Origin: a bacterium
GTDB taxonomy: Bacteria > Bdellovibrionota_B > Oligoflexia > Oligoflexales > RGVZ01
Assembly (NCBI GenBank): GCA_037134655.1
Contig: JBAXLR010000001.1
Coordinates: 4,294 to 68,293, forward strand
DNA length: 64,000 nt
Direction: 5' to 3'
The translations under genes and the position numbers were made by a program. The notes beneath the pieces are model-generated. The model saw nothing but the letters and a program-made list of their open reading frames with translations, ran no database searches and was not told the DNA's origin. Below are positions 27,300-37,945 of the stretch, in pieces (the stretch's first letter is position 1; every line of letters starts with the position of its first letter).

Positions 27300-29291
27300 A
27301 TGCGCATACTGATTTGTCTACTACTTTTGATCCAACAATCTGCATTTGCAAAATCCAGCAAAAAGCCTACGAGCGATATCCCGGATCGTCGTGAGTTTCC
27401 ACTCAATGAAACTATTAATCCGTGTGATGATTTTTATGGGTATGCCTGCAGCGAGGCTTTATCGGGGTTTAAACTAAGAGACGACCGGTCAAAGCACACG
27501 TTTTCTTTCTCTGACTCCAGCGAGCGACTTCTTAAGAAAAAAGAAAAGTTTCTGGACGATTTAAGTAAATCAAAAACCGCCCAATCAGAACGCCTTGAAA
27601 CACTTAAGACAGTATTTAATTCGTGTATGAACGTTCCGGCTTCCATCGCGGAAGAAAAATCAGTCGTTAAAGAAACATTAAGGGAAATCGCAGCTGTCAA
27701 AACACCCACCGACTACAACGCATTCAATGCCAAGCAATATTCTTCGGGTCGTGCCGATGTTTGGGACCTCGGAGACATCGCAAACCAAGACAAACCACTT
27801 GAAAGTGACGTCTACATGCTTCCTGATTTCATGACTCTTCCTGAGAGGTCCTACTACGACAATAAGGAGCTCGTTAAGGATTTTCAGAGTGTCATGACCG
27901 AGTTCTTTAAAGCCATAAAACTAGATCAACCAGAAAAACGCGCTGCCAATCTTTTGGAGCTTGAAAAGGCTTATGCTCAAGTCTTTCCCTTACCGGCAGA
28001 ATTTAGAGAACTTATCACTAAAAGAGTCTATGTCACGAGAGAAGATCTTTTAAAGAAATATCCAGGCATCGGCCTTGATTATCTGCTGAAAGATGTGCCA
28101 GAAACTGTAAAAATCCGCGATTTCTCGCCAGCTGCCATGAAGTGGCTGACCGATTACCTTGCAAGTGCTGCCACTGACGAGAAGAAGCTTTCTGTCTTGA
28201 AAGATCATCTTGCATGGTCGACCGTTTCAAAATTTCTAGATGACTCTAATCCAAAGTTTTTTAAGCGATGGTTCGACTTTCGCCACAAGCATCTGGGCGG
28301 ACCAGCCCAGAGGTCGCCGCGCAAGGAACGCTGCACTGATTTTGTGATGGACCGCTTTGGCCGTGAACTCGACGCCGAGATGATTGATGTTGTTTTCCCA
28401 AATTTTCCATCAGAGAAGATTGTTAACCTTGGTGAAAAAATTCGAAGTGCCATCATCACTCGAATGGAAAAAAGTGACTGGCTAAGCCCCGAGACCAGAA
28501 AAGAGGGCATTGAGAAGGTGAAGGTCATGAAACTTCAGCTAGTCAAGCCGTCCAACGACGAGGAGTGGGACTTTAATCTACCCGGCACTTATCAAAAAGA
28601 TAAGCCTCTCTCAAACCGTTTCATGGTTAACACCAAACGTCGCGAAAAAATGATTCAAAGGATTTCAAAACCACGCAATCCAAACATCTGGGGCATGGGC
28701 CCACTTACGGTGAATGCCTACTACAATCCCACGTCTAACAAATTCGTGATGCCAATCGGCATCCTGCAGTATCCATTTTTTGACGTGAATGCTCCCGATG
28801 AAATTAACTTAGGGGCCGTTGGTGTGGTTTTGGGGCATGAAATTGGTCACGGGATTGACGACAAAGGCTCTAAGTACGACAAAGAGGGAAAGATCCGTCA
28901 ATGGATGAAAGATGAAGAAGTCAAAACCTTCATGAGTCGTGGCGACCGCCTTGTCAGTCAATTTAATGCTATAGGCCACAACGGAAAACTGACCCTCGGA
29001 GAAAACATGGCTGACCTCTCAGGGTTAACATTCGCCTGGGACGCAGCCTTCAAAGGTAGCGCAGGCACTCCCGAGCTCAAAAAAGGATTTTACATTCAGT
29101 ACGCAAGATTATGGTGCGAAACCATCAGGCCGAAATTTCGTGAAATGCGTCTAAAAACCGATCCCCATGCCACGGGCGAGGCCCGGGTCAATGAACAAAT
29201 GAAGCATCAAACGGGCTTTGCTGAACAGTTCAGCTGCAAGGCTAACAATAAACTTTGGCTCGACCCTGAAAAGCGGGTCAAGATTTGGTAG
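27300..29291 (+). CDS. M13-family zinc metallopeptidase (neprilysin / PepO-like)
   Basis: VLGHEIGHGID (HExxH), GENMADLSG (ENxADxGG) and NAYYNP. Signal peptide present. ATG at 27300 with a GGAG RBS. Confidence 0.9.
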   Translation: MRILICLLLLIQQSAFAKSSKKPTSDIPDRREFPLNETINPCDDFYGYACSEALSGFKLRDDRSKHTFSFSDSSERLLKKKEKFLDDLSKSKTAQSERLETLKTVFNSCMNVPASIAEEKSVVKETLREIAAVKTPTDYNAFNAKQYSSGRADVWDLGDIANQDKPLESDVYMLPDFMTLPERSYYDNKELVKDFQSVMTEFFKAIKLDQPEKRAANLLELEKAYAQVFPLPAEFRELITKRVYVTREDLLKKYPGIGLDYLLKDVPETVKIRDFSPAAMKWLTDYLASAATDEKKLSVLKDHLAWSTVSKFLDDSNPKFFKRWFDFRHKHLGGPAQRSPRKERCTDFVMDRFGRELDAEMIDVVFPNFPSEKIVNLGEKIRSAIITRMEKSDWLSPETRKEGIEKVKVMKLQLVKPSNDEEWDFNLPGTYQKDKPLSNRFMVNTKRREKMIQRISKPRNPNIWGMGPLTVNAYYNPTSNKFVMPIGILQYPFFDVNAPDEINLGAVGVVLGHEIGHGIDDKGSKYDKEGKIRQWMKDEEVKTFMSRGDRLVSQFNAIGHNGKLTLGENMADLSGLTFAWDAAFKGSAGTPELKKGFYIQYARLWCETIRPKFREMRLKTDPHATGEARVNEQMKHQTGFAEQFSCKANNKLWLDPEKRVKIW

Positions 29292-29316
29292 TTATTGTTA
29301 GGAATAAAGTTAAATC

Positions 29317-30219
29317 CTAGCGCGGACGCTCAAGGGATTTAGCCTTAACCGCTGCTAATCTATCGGGCGTATAAGTGCTGACCAATTTTTCGAGTCCTAG
29401 TTTAAAGCTACCATCAGTGCCGTCAATCGAGCGGCGAACCCAAAAACCAACTACGCCAGGGCTGGCCGCGTCCTGGGGTAGACCCTTGAGCATGCCAGAG
29501 AGAAGCCCCTCGGGACTTGAAACTCCGTTAGGAGATGCTAGGGCGTCTCGGTAAGCTTTCTGTAGTCGAGCGAATTTTTCTGGATTCACTTCAAGGGAAT
29601 AGATGGTGGCAAGAAACCATTCAACGTTGTTTTGTAAATAGTCCACATAGATCTGATAAGTCGCAGCCCTAAAACCTACATCCTTTTCACCTGGAATGGC
29701 ATTCTGAACAGCCCAATCAACGAACCTCTTATTGTAGTTACCAAACGACTTGGTGCTATTGAAGTTTATGGCGCCAGGTTTATGCGGGCCCGAACTAAAA
29801 ACAGCGGCTCCGGCTAATTTCTCCAGGGTTTGAAGATCTAAAAGGGACAGCATAAAGCAGGATGTGATCCGCCCACTCATCTCCCAAAATTTTGGCGACA
29901 ACTTGTTCATGTAAAGGCCAGAAGAACAGCCATTTGTAGCATTAGGAAGTTTGGTCCAGGCTCCTTTCATTTTTTCTTCCGGATTTGCGGCCGCTGGCTG
30001 TGGCGCCGCAGCGGGAGCTGCTGCTTTCTTTTTTTCTTCCTCTTTAAGACGCTCTTCTTCCTTTTTCTTTTCTTGTTCTTTTTTCTTCTGTTCTTCGAGT
30101 TTTTGCTTTTCCTTATCAACTAGTTTCTTAAATTCTTTTTTTAAGTCGATGGCAAAGCCAGACTGGGACGCAGTCAATCCTGCTACAAGTAGACTAAAGA
30201 TCAAGACAAAGTGCTTCAC
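29317..30219 (-). CDS. secreted hypothetical protein with Lys/Glu-rich low-complexity region
   Basis: Signal peptide, then a KEKQKLEEQKKKEQEKKKEEERLKEEEKKK tract, then a globular C-terminal domain of unknown family. Confidence 0.45.
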   Translation of the reverse strand: MKHFVLIFSLLVAGLTASQSGFAIDLKKEFKKLVDKEKQKLEEQKKKEQEKKKEEERLKEEEKKKAAAPAAAPQPAAANPEEKMKGAWTKLPNATNGCSSGLYMNKLSPKFWEMSGRITSCFMLSLLDLQTLEKLAGAAVFSSGPHKPGAINFNSTKSFGNYNKRFVDWAVQNAIPGEKDVGFRAATYQIYVDYLQNNVEWFLATIYSLEVNPEKFARLQKAYRDALASPNGVSSPEGLLSGMLKGLPQDAASPGVVGFWVRRSIDGTDGSFKLGLEKLVSTYTPDRLAAVKAKSLERPR

Positions 30220-30449
30220 AAAAAGCTCCTAATTCAAATTACGTTCACGCCTCAGTTGTAAGTGCCTAATAATTTATTATCACTTGGTTGTCTTGACAGC
30301 TCAAATGAAGGCGCGAAAAACCAACCAGATTTTGATATTTTTTTCGTCTAACTGTTCAGATTAATTCATACTATGTCCATTTTTTTGATTTTCTAAAACA
30401 ACAGCTCGCTAGTCGAGTAGCATCACAGGCTAATAGAACTCTGGATATA

Positions 30450-31565
30450 ATGAGTAAGATGACACTTCCAATCACTATTTTAGGCTATAAAAAGTGCGCC
30501 TTCAGCGCTCTTATCGGCATGTTTTATTTTGCCTTCGTCAGCATTCCAGCGCAGGGATCACCCCAGTTCAAACTTTCAAAAAAATGCCCCACCACAGGTC
30601 TTTATCAAGATCACGTTGGCTACTGTCGCCCTATACAGCCATATCAAAATGCTAACGCCCGATTTCATGGCCTATGGAAACTCGAGGATAAAAACATTGC
30701 CCTTCGCCCCGAACAAATCGACCTGGGTCGATTACTATTCTTTGACCCAATACTATCCCACGACCAGAAAATGTCTTGTTCGACCTGCCATGATCCGACA
30801 AAGGCATTCTCGGGTAATCGACCAGGGCTTCGAAATTCTCCGGGACTCATCAATCTTGCCTACAACCCAAAATTTTTCTGGGATGGCCGTGCCACAAGTC
30901 CCGCGGATCAAATCGCTGCGCCACTAACCTCACCTATTGAAATGGGTAATTCTTCTGTGGCTGCTGTCATCACTCGCTTAAACTCAATCGGTGCTTACCG
31001 TAAACTTTTTGCCACAATTCGCCCGGCTGGAAATCAAAACAATGAAATCACCTGGATGGAACTTGTCGCGGCAATTGACAGCTTTCAAAAATCTCTTATC
31101 ACGTTCACAGCCCCTTACGATCACTATATTCTGGGTGATATGAACGCCATGAGACCAGATCAGATTCGGGGTTTGACGCTTTTTCGGTCTTTCGCAACAA
31201 GATGCGCCGAGTGTCATACACCACCACTATTTACGAATCACCAGATTTTGACGGTTGGGTCTCCGGGAGAGTCACGTCCTTTCAAAGTGCCAACCCTACG
31301 GCAGATTGCCAAAACCGCCCCCTACATGCATCGCGGCGCATTTAGCTCGCTGCATGAAGTGGTGCAATTTTACAACGACGGTGGTGGTCGTTCGAATCAG
31401 GGCATCTCGGGCAGCAACACGCACTGGCACGTGCGTCCCATTGGCCTCACCGAAGCAGACGAGGCCGATTTAGTGGCTTTTTTGGATGCCTTGACTGATG
31501 ATAGTTGGAGACCTGAAATACCCAAGAATGTTCCCTCTGGACTAGTGCCAGGACTACTAAATTAA
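30450..31565 (+). CDS. di-haem cytochrome c peroxidase / MauG-family enzyme
   Basis: Two CxxCH sites (CSTCH, CAECH). Also LGRLLFFDPILS, FWDGRA...EMG, KVPTLRQIAKTAPYMHRGAF. Confidence 0.88.
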   Translation: MSKMTLPITILGYKKCAFSALIGMFYFAFVSIPAQGSPQFKLSKKCPTTGLYQDHVGYCRPIQPYQNANARFHGLWKLEDKNIALRPEQIDLGRLLFFDPILSHDQKMSCSTCHDPTKAFSGNRPGLRNSPGLINLAYNPKFFWDGRATSPADQIAAPLTSPIEMGNSSVAAVITRLNSIGAYRKLFATIRPAGNQNNEITWMELVAAIDSFQKSLITFTAPYDHYILGDMNAMRPDQIRGLTLFRSFATRCAECHTPPLFTNHQILTVGSPGESRPFKVPTLRQIAKTAPYMHRGAFSSLHEVVQFYNDGGGRSNQGISGSNTHWHVRPIGLTEADEADLVAFLDALTDDSWRPEIPKNVPSGLVPGLLN

Positions 31566-31578
31566 AGGAGTTTTTTTC

Positions 31579-33000
31579 GTGATGAAGTATTGGTTGTCAT
31601 TGATTTCCTGTCTATTTTTCAGCACCGTCATCATGGGCGCTGAGCACCAGGTCAGATCTGGCGAGAAAATTCAAGAAGCCATCAATCGCGCTAGTCCTGG
31701 AGACTCAATTATCATTGCTCCAGGCGTCTATCATGAAAATCTTGTCATCGATAAAGCCAACATCACCCTAAGAGGTGTTTTAAGTGCTGGCCAGTGGCCC
31801 GTTCTGGACGGTAAAAATAAACTTAATGACGGCATTATTGCCTCAGGCTCCGGGTTTACCGTTGAGTGGCTACACATCAAGAATTATAAAGCTAACGGCG
31901 TTACGACTCAGGCTGCTGACAACGTCATCATGCGTCACTTGATCGTTGAAAAAACTGGCATCTACGGAATTTATCCAACTCTTGGTCGCAATGTGATCAT
32001 TGAAGATAACGTCACATCAGGAATTGCTGATGCTGGAATCTATATCGGCATGTGCCAACACACAGACGTACGCCGCAACGAGGCCTACGACAACGTGGCA
32101 GGAATTGAGGCCGAAAACTCCCATGACGTGCTCATTGAAAATAACTATGTTTATCGCAACACGAGCGGGATTTTGGTCTTCACCCTTCCGGAGCTTCCCA
32201 AAAAATCAAGCGGCAACATCATCGTCAGAAATAACCTGATCTCCAATAACAACCTTATGAACTTCGGAGCCAAGGGCGCCATCGTGGCGAGCGTGCCGCC
32301 GGGATCAGGCGTAATTGTTTTGGCAGCGGATGATGTGATTTTTGAAAATAATATCATAAGGGACAATAGCTTGGCCGGTGTGATCATTGCCCATCACGGC
32401 GCCATTCCACACATGGCAAAAGATCCGCAAGTGGAGCCGAATCCTGACCGGGTTAAAGTTCTAAAGAATTTATTTTACAACAATGGCACTAAAAATTTTT
32501 CAGACCTAGTCATCTGGACCCGCTACTTGATCAAACAAATCATCAGCACTGGAATCCCCGAGGGAGCCGACGAGAGCGTTATCCCACGTGGTGGTGACGT
32601 CGTTGGCACTAAATTTGGCACGGAGCTTTGCATTTATCAGCCTGAGGGCCTAAAACTTCGTGATACGGAGCACTTTGGAAAATGTCCAGATGCATCGCAA
32701 GCCAATCCACCCATTACGATGCTCGTTGACGCAAACAAACTGCCGGAGGTGTCGTCAAAAAATCTTGGCGAGCAAACCTATGCCGCTATTTGCGCAGGGT
32801 GCCACGCGATGAATTACCAACTTATTGGGCCGCCGGTTAAGGAGATTCAAGCAAAATATAAAGATAATCCCCAGGGGATCGTTAATTTTGCAAAGGCGCC
32901 GGTTAAGGTGCGCAGCGGATTTCCCCAAATGCCTCCACAAGCTTACCTAGGTGATGAAAAGCTAAAGGCAGTGGCTGAATACATACTACAGATGAAATAG
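31579..33000 (+). CDS. periplasmic parallel beta-helix repeat protein (NosD-like) fused to a C-terminal class I cytochrome c
   Basis: Repeated ~22-aa I/V-x-N-N motifs (IENNYVYRN, VRNNLISNN, FENNIIRDN). The C-terminal CAGCHAM...GPPVKEIQAKYK...PQMPP resembles c551/c552. It starts 14 nt after the peroxidase gene. Confidence 0.7.
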   Translation: MMKYWLSLISCLFFSTVIMGAEHQVRSGEKIQEAINRASPGDSIIIAPGVYHENLVIDKANITLRGVLSAGQWPVLDGKNKLNDGIIASGSGFTVEWLHIKNYKANGVTTQAADNVIMRHLIVEKTGIYGIYPTLGRNVIIEDNVTSGIADAGIYIGMCQHTDVRRNEAYDNVAGIEAENSHDVLIENNYVYRNTSGILVFTLPELPKKSSGNIIVRNNLISNNNLMNFGAKGAIVASVPPGSGVIVLAADDVIFENNIIRDNSLAGVIIAHHGAIPHMAKDPQVEPNPDRVKVLKNLFYNNGTKNFSDLVIWTRYLIKQIISTGIPEGADESVIPRGGDVVGTKFGTELCIYQPEGLKLRDTEHFGKCPDASQANPPITMLVDANKLPEVSSKNLGEQTYAAICAGCHAMNYQLIGPPVKEIQAKYKDNPQGIVNFAKAPVKVRSGFPQMPPQAYLGDEKLKAVAEYILQMK

Positions 33001-33033
33001 TTCAAGACTAGAAAATCAATAATTCGGACCCTT

Positions 33034-33492
33034 TCAAAGGGCCAAGTGCAGAGTTCCAGCCATGGCACCAACCGCAGCGCCATAGACAACGTGAGCAAAA
33101 AGATGCACCAATGCGACGTTGACACCAGTGACACGAAATCTTTGTAATGGATGATGCTCAGCCACAAAAATGACAAGTGCAATTGATGTGACCAGACCTT
33201 GAGCAAACCCACAGAATGCTCCAAGCTGAACATACCTAGCGACGCCGCCACTTGCAATCTCTGGAAACTGACTCCACACAAAGACGTAAATTAACGCAAA
33301 AAGAATGCCACCAGTGGCATGGATTAGAAGGCCAGGCTTGATGGAGTTCTCATATTTTTTGGTCAAAAGGCTGCCAAGGGCTCTGACCATGTCTCCGTTG
33401 GCAAAGCCCTGCCAGTGAAAAAGATAAAGGGTTAAAGTCATTAGACTGGTTGCAGCAACGCCTACTAGACACGTCATGATAAAATCATTCAT
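33034..33492 (-). CDS. hypothetical integral membrane protein
   Basis: 152-aa ORF with four hydrophobic helices. Confidence 0.4.
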   Translation of the reverse strand: MNDFIMTCLVGVAATSLMTLTLYLFHWQGFANGDMVRALGSLLTKKYENSIKPGLLIHATGGILFALIYVFVWSQFPEIASGGVARYVQLGAFCGFAQGLVTSIALVIFVAEHHPLQRFRVTGVNVALVHLFAHVVYGAAVGAMAGTLHLAL

Positions 33493-33613
33493 TATTCACC
33501 TCCCGACTGTCTTATTTACTGGAACCAGTATTTGAAAATTAATCAGTATTTATTTTGTATTATTCATCCGCCCAAAAATCTGTAAAAGCGAACTGACTAG
33601 ATATTTATCCAAT

Positions 33614-33653
33614 AAAAGAACCCCCCGTTGCGTCCAAAGACGCTAAAGGGGGG
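33614..33653 (-). terminator. rho-independent terminator after dabA
   Basis: Minus strand: cccccc-tttagcgtctttggacgcaac-gggggg followed by ttctttt, 38 nt after the dabA stop. Confidence 0.7.
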
Positions 33654-33690
33654 ATGTGATACAACCACAGACTATATTACAGATGCAGAC

Positions 33691-36189
33691 TTAACTAATA
33701 CTCTCGTATAATCCACCGGGCCTTCTGACGTAAACGAGGCCATCATCTCGGTTAATTTGGATGAGATAAAGCCACTCGTTATCCACCAATTCGCGCACAA
33801 CCTGATGCTTTGCAATGATGCCTTCCATAGCCTCTCTTGGCGCCTCGATAAATACACTGAGTCTTAAGGGATCATGGACGAATTTTGATCCATCATGAAC
33901 CGACTGTAGTGGCAAACCAACTCGCAGGTCACCACCGTTGCCTTCCATGACTCCGCACTCGTTGACTACATTATGAAGAACTTTGTTACCTGCTCCATAA
34001 ACGTCAGGCGCCACAGTTGATGCAAAGTACTGCAAATTAATCCAGTTTGTCACCACCATCGGAGCCGTCATAATGAGCTCCAGTGTTGCGAACCCATCAT
34101 CCTTTACATAGTCATAGTCATGTAAGAATGACCGACTTCCTAAGTTCATATCTTTGCTACGAACTCTTGGCGCTACGATAAAACAGGCATTACCAGCCAA
34201 TGCCCACTCGGGACGAACCTCAGACCAATTAATCGCCCTGCGAGCGGCGGGATCAACCATAAATTGGGACCGGGCCACTTGCCGTTCAACTCTTGCTCTT
34301 GAGGCAGCCAAAGCCATGGACTGCTTGATGCGTTCTGCGGCTTTGCGGTGCGCAGTCGGAATCAATTCTTCATCCAGCAAATAAACGTCGTCTGTTACGG
34401 TTTCATGGACAGCTGCCACAAAGTGAGTTTCATTAGGCATTGAGATGCCGTGTTTAGGCAGACCCTCTCTTACCTTTTGATCGTTAAGAAGAGCTACTAA
34501 GACTCTTGCGTTTACGTCACCTGCATGTCCTCCACAAGCACCGCAATCAAGAGCCGAGCCAAATGCATTATTGGTGGTATGACTACCGTGACCAGCTACC
34601 ACCACCAAAGGCGCAAATCCAGAGCGAAGTCCCATATGCTTTAGAATACCCGCAGCTCTGCCAGAAAGGTCTTCCGTACTCAGAGAACCGCCGGCCATCA
34701 GTGAGCAGCTTTCCATATCTGGAGCATATTTTACGGAACTAAATCTTCCAGGAACCTGATGAGGACTTCGTTGGCCCAACATAGCTCTAAAAGTCCTTGT
34801 AAGCATCGGCTTCAGAGCTAGAATCCCAAGCATTTCCACGTAAGCAAACGATGACAATGGAGCTTTTCTAAGCGCCTTAAAATAAGACAACGTGAGCTTC
34901 CTCGTGACTTTACGCGTGACGTCCTTATGACCCTGATCTTTAGAAGTTTCTTTTACCGTCACAGCGGGAGTTAGGAGCACTGGGCAGCGATGCCCAACGT
35001 CTTTTTCGTCGATCTTTTTATAGTCCATGGCCACACCGAAGAAGCCTGCAAATCCGATCGTAGAAATACGTCCATCAGTTGCCTCGATATGCCTTCTGAT
35101 CATCTCAGAGCGAACATCAATACAAAAAGCGATTTGCGCGTCGGCGTTGACTACGGTCGCTTGATTTTGCAAGGGACCAGTATATAGATCGCTGGCAATG
35201 TGCTTCTGATAACTCTCCTCAAAAGCTGCCTGCCACACCAACTCGACCGGGGTTCGATGAGGAACTTCTGAAGAACGCTCCTCAAATTCAAGAACTTGCG
35301 TGCGCCAAGCGTCCATGGCTCCCGGATATTTTGTCTTAATTGACTCATAGACGGCCAACTCATAAACCAATCTCACAGCCAGGAGATCTGCTGCCTCTGC
35401 CCTTGACTCCATGGCATACCCGAGGCTTTTCTGCCACTCAACATACTTGAATTGACTCATCCATCCGAGGACACTGACAGCCATTCTTTCCAAAAGATGA
35501 CGCTGGCACTGAGAGTCAATAATCCCAAGTAGTTCAAAGACCTCGCCGATTACATCAGCTGCTTTTTTGGATTTAAGTTTTGCTGTAACAGCTGAGAGGC
35601 GGGTTAATCCTTGAACCTCTAAACTGCGATCATACTGACTTGCCTCGAGCCAACCCGTCAGAAAATCCTGATCACGCCAAGGAAAGTTGGCCAGAGCCTG
35701 ACGGCTATCAAGATAGGCCGCAGCATAGCGCGATGTTTCTGCAGATAGAACTTTGGCAGTGCTAAGTCCAAAGTTTTTATCGAGGTAATCACTGAGCGAT
35801 CTAAATTTTTGTCTAGCTAATCGCTCAGTCTGGCTAATCTTAAGAAACTCACCAATATGGCTTGGCACGCCAGGCCACTTTTCATGAAGCCTAGTCAATG
35901 AAGACTCGAGCGCAGCCTCTGAAATCTCGCCGTTAGCATAGCGCTCGAGATAGTACTCCACAGGCATGTAGAGACCTTTATGAATAACTTTGTAAAGATC
36001 ACCAATCACTTCCTCAAACTTCTGGCCACGACGAAACCAGAACGGGTTTACAGCTACTGTATTCTGTAGGGGCCAAGAAGGCGTTGAGACGGTTAGAGCC
36101 TCTTCTAGCGTTGCTTTTATTGGCTTCCATGTCTGTTGTTGCTTGCTTTTTGATTTCACTTTATTTTTTTCCATTTTGACGTCAAACAT
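33691..36189 (-). CDS. dabA: DUF2309-family protein, inorganic-carbon transporter subunit DabA
   Basis: 832 aa. ALDCGACGGHAG (Cys/His zinc-site region typical of DUF2309). Immediately downstream of a NuoL-like membrane subunit, which is the canonical DAB pairing. Confidence 0.8.
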   Translation of the reverse strand: MFDVKMEKNKVKSKSKQQQTWKPIKATLEEALTVSTPSWPLQNTVAVNPFWFRRGQKFEEVIGDLYKVIHKGLYMPVEYYLERYANGEISEAALESSLTRLHEKWPGVPSHIGEFLKISQTERLARQKFRSLSDYLDKNFGLSTAKVLSAETSRYAAAYLDSRQALANFPWRDQDFLTGWLEASQYDRSLEVQGLTRLSAVTAKLKSKKAADVIGEVFELLGIIDSQCQRHLLERMAVSVLGWMSQFKYVEWQKSLGYAMESRAEAADLLAVRLVYELAVYESIKTKYPGAMDAWRTQVLEFEERSSEVPHRTPVELVWQAAFEESYQKHIASDLYTGPLQNQATVVNADAQIAFCIDVRSEMIRRHIEATDGRISTIGFAGFFGVAMDYKKIDEKDVGHRCPVLLTPAVTVKETSKDQGHKDVTRKVTRKLTLSYFKALRKAPLSSFAYVEMLGILALKPMLTRTFRAMLGQRSPHQVPGRFSSVKYAPDMESCSLMAGGSLSTEDLSGRAAGILKHMGLRSGFAPLVVVAGHGSHTTNNAFGSALDCGACGGHAGDVNARVLVALLNDQKVREGLPKHGISMPNETHFVAAVHETVTDDVYLLDEELIPTAHRKAAERIKQSMALAASRARVERQVARSQFMVDPAARRAINWSEVRPEWALAGNACFIVAPRVRSKDMNLGSRSFLHDYDYVKDDGFATLELIMTAPMVVTNWINLQYFASTVAPDVYGAGNKVLHNVVNECGVMEGNGGDLRVGLPLQSVHDGSKFVHDPLRLSVFIEAPREAMEGIIAKHQVVRELVDNEWLYLIQINRDDGLVYVRRPGGLYESIS

Positions 36190-36222
36190 AATTGATACTC
36201 CTTCTTCTGCTGGCTAACTGAA

Positions 36223-37725
36223 TTAACTATTCACAGGCCACACGGCAGAAAGAACTTTCGAAGATTTTTGCGTAAAATAATTACCGTTCCACAAACTGAC
36301 ATAGAGTCGCTTAGAAAAAACGTCATTTGGGCGATAAAGCCTTCCCGCTAGATGGAAGCCGATTCCAAATATCACAAGTGAGATTGCGGACACGGCAAAT
36401 ATGGGTGAGCTAATTGTAACGACATCTAGTGTATCTGCTACGATGCTCTGCATACGCGTACCAACGTAGAATTCTATTCCTGTGTAAATAGCAACTGCTA
36501 AAAACATCATGCTTGCAATCGATGTGAAATATTTTAACCGGGAAAATTCACTTTTCGGCAGCACGACAACGCACTGCATCAGAGCAATAATCAATAATCC
36601 TGCATATGCAAAATATGAGAAGTGCGTACCATCTTGATAAACTACGCCGTATCCAAGCACCGTCAAACCAACGACGGTTGCGAGTGCGCTGTACCATGCA
36701 CCAAAAGGAGCCAACTGAAGAGACGACTTTTTGGACTCTCCGACCAGGTCCCCGGTGGATAAGAATGCGTAAGCTTTGTAAAAACTATGGGCGATGATGT
36801 GAAAAAGAGCAATTGAGTATGCGCCGAGACCACACGCAAAGATCATGAGTCCCATCTGACTAATCGTTGAATAAGCGAGTTTTTTCTTGATGTCATTTTG
36901 TGTGATCATCACAAGCGCACCATAGACGGCCGTAACGGCGCCGGCCAATGTTAGCAAAAGATGAGGCAGCTCAACGTGAGTTAGAAGTGGACTTAGACGG
37001 ATAATAAGAAATCCACCAGCATTGATTATGCCTGCATGCATGAGTGCAGATACAGGGGTAGGCGTTTCCATCGTCTCGGGAAGCCAAAAATGAAGTGGAA
37101 ACTGAGCCGATTTAGCGATCGCACCTAACGCCAGGAACACGCCGGCAGATGCAATCATTGATCCGTTGGCGGAGGCAAATGCCTGGTCTGCTGCAAGAGC
37201 GAAAATACGCTCGAATTCAAATGACTTAAAAACATTGTAGCAGATCACAAAGCCTGCCAATAAAAACAAATCTCCTAGGCGACTAATCAAAAACTTCTTA
37301 CGCGCAGCAGCCACGGCCAGCGGTCTTTGAGGATAAAACAACAAGAGGCGGTGTAGACCAATACTAGAAAGACACCAAGCAATGAAGAACATGATTAGGT
37401 TACTGGATAATACCAGTAAGGATACTGCTGATACAGTAAACAAAAGATTTTTGTAGAAGTATCCTTGACGCTCCTCGCCGTCTAAATAGCGTAGAGAGTA
37501 CTGACTAATAACAGCTCCAAGCACTGAGATCATCGCAAAAAGTACCGTCGACAATGCATCAACCTTGAAAGATAAATTCAAATCAAGGCCCGCTACCATA
37601 CCACTTAGTACTGTAAACGTACCCGGCCCATTGACAGCCTCCCAAGCAAACAAAGCCACAGCAAGAACACCCTGAGTGAGTAGCGTCCAGTGGACCAAAC
37701 GTATTTCTAATCCTTGTCGATGCAT
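36223..37725 (-). CDS. dabB: NuoL/MrpA-like proton-conducting membrane subunit DabB
   Basis: About 13 TM helices. WLPETMETPTPVSALMHAGIINAGGFL matches the NADH-quinone oxidoreductase chain 5 / Mrp antiporter core. Start set at the ATG at 37725 (GAGGAGAGGAAG RBS). Confidence 0.8.
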   Translation of the reverse strand: MHRQGLEIRLVHWTLLTQGVLAVALFAWEAVNGPGTFTVLSGMVAGLDLNLSFKVDALSTVLFAMISVLGAVISQYSLRYLDGEERQGYFYKNLLFTVSAVSLLVLSSNLIMFFIAWCLSSIGLHRLLLFYPQRPLAVAAARKKFLISRLGDLFLLAGFVICYNVFKSFEFERIFALAADQAFASANGSMIASAGVFLALGAIAKSAQFPLHFWLPETMETPTPVSALMHAGIINAGGFLIIRLSPLLTHVELPHLLLTLAGAVTAVYGALVMITQNDIKKKLAYSTISQMGLMIFACGLGAYSIALFHIIAHSFYKAYAFLSTGDLVGESKKSSLQLAPFGAWYSALATVVGLTVLGYGVVYQDGTHFSYFAYAGLLIIALMQCVVVLPKSEFSRLKYFTSIASMMFLAVAIYTGIEFYVGTRMQSIVADTLDVVTISSPIFAVSAISLVIFGIGFHLAGRLYRPNDVFSKRLYVSLWNGNYFTQKSSKVLSAVWPVNS

Positions 37726-37834
37726 TGCTTCCTCTCCTCTATTAGAAAAATCTGGAAAATCGATTTTTAAAAAGTAACTGTGGTCAAAAAAGGTTCGCTT
37801 TGTGTTCTGCACTAAGACTCTAGCAGCTGAATTC

Positions 37835-37860
37835 AATATACGCAATGTATATCGTATATT
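37835..37860. promoter_or_regulatory. inverted repeat AATATACG-N10-CGTATATT in the dabB / HTH divergent region (candidate operator)
   Basis: Perfect 8-bp arms at 37835-37842 and 37853-37860. Confidence 0.35.
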
Positions 37861-37895
37861 TTTATTCGTAATTTAGTATTCGGCACTTATAATTC

Positions 37896-37924
37896 TTGAC
37901 TTATGTGTCGTAAGATGCTAATTT
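37896..37924 (+). promoter_or_regulatory. candidate sigma70-type promoter of the HTH gene
   Basis: TTGACT (37896-37901), 17 nt, TAATTT (37919-37924). The AAGGGGG RBS and the ATG at 37946 follow. Confidence 0.3.
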
Positions 37925-37945
37925 TACCCCATAAAGGGGGCAACT

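Noticed and set aside
29951-30232. ORF 29951..30232 (+) and the purine/pyrimidine-skewed repeat-like DNA at ~29990-30130
   Set aside because: It is a shadow of the Lys/Glu-rich low-complexity tract of the minus-strand gene 29317-30219. This is compositional bias, not a tandem repeat element or a separate gene.
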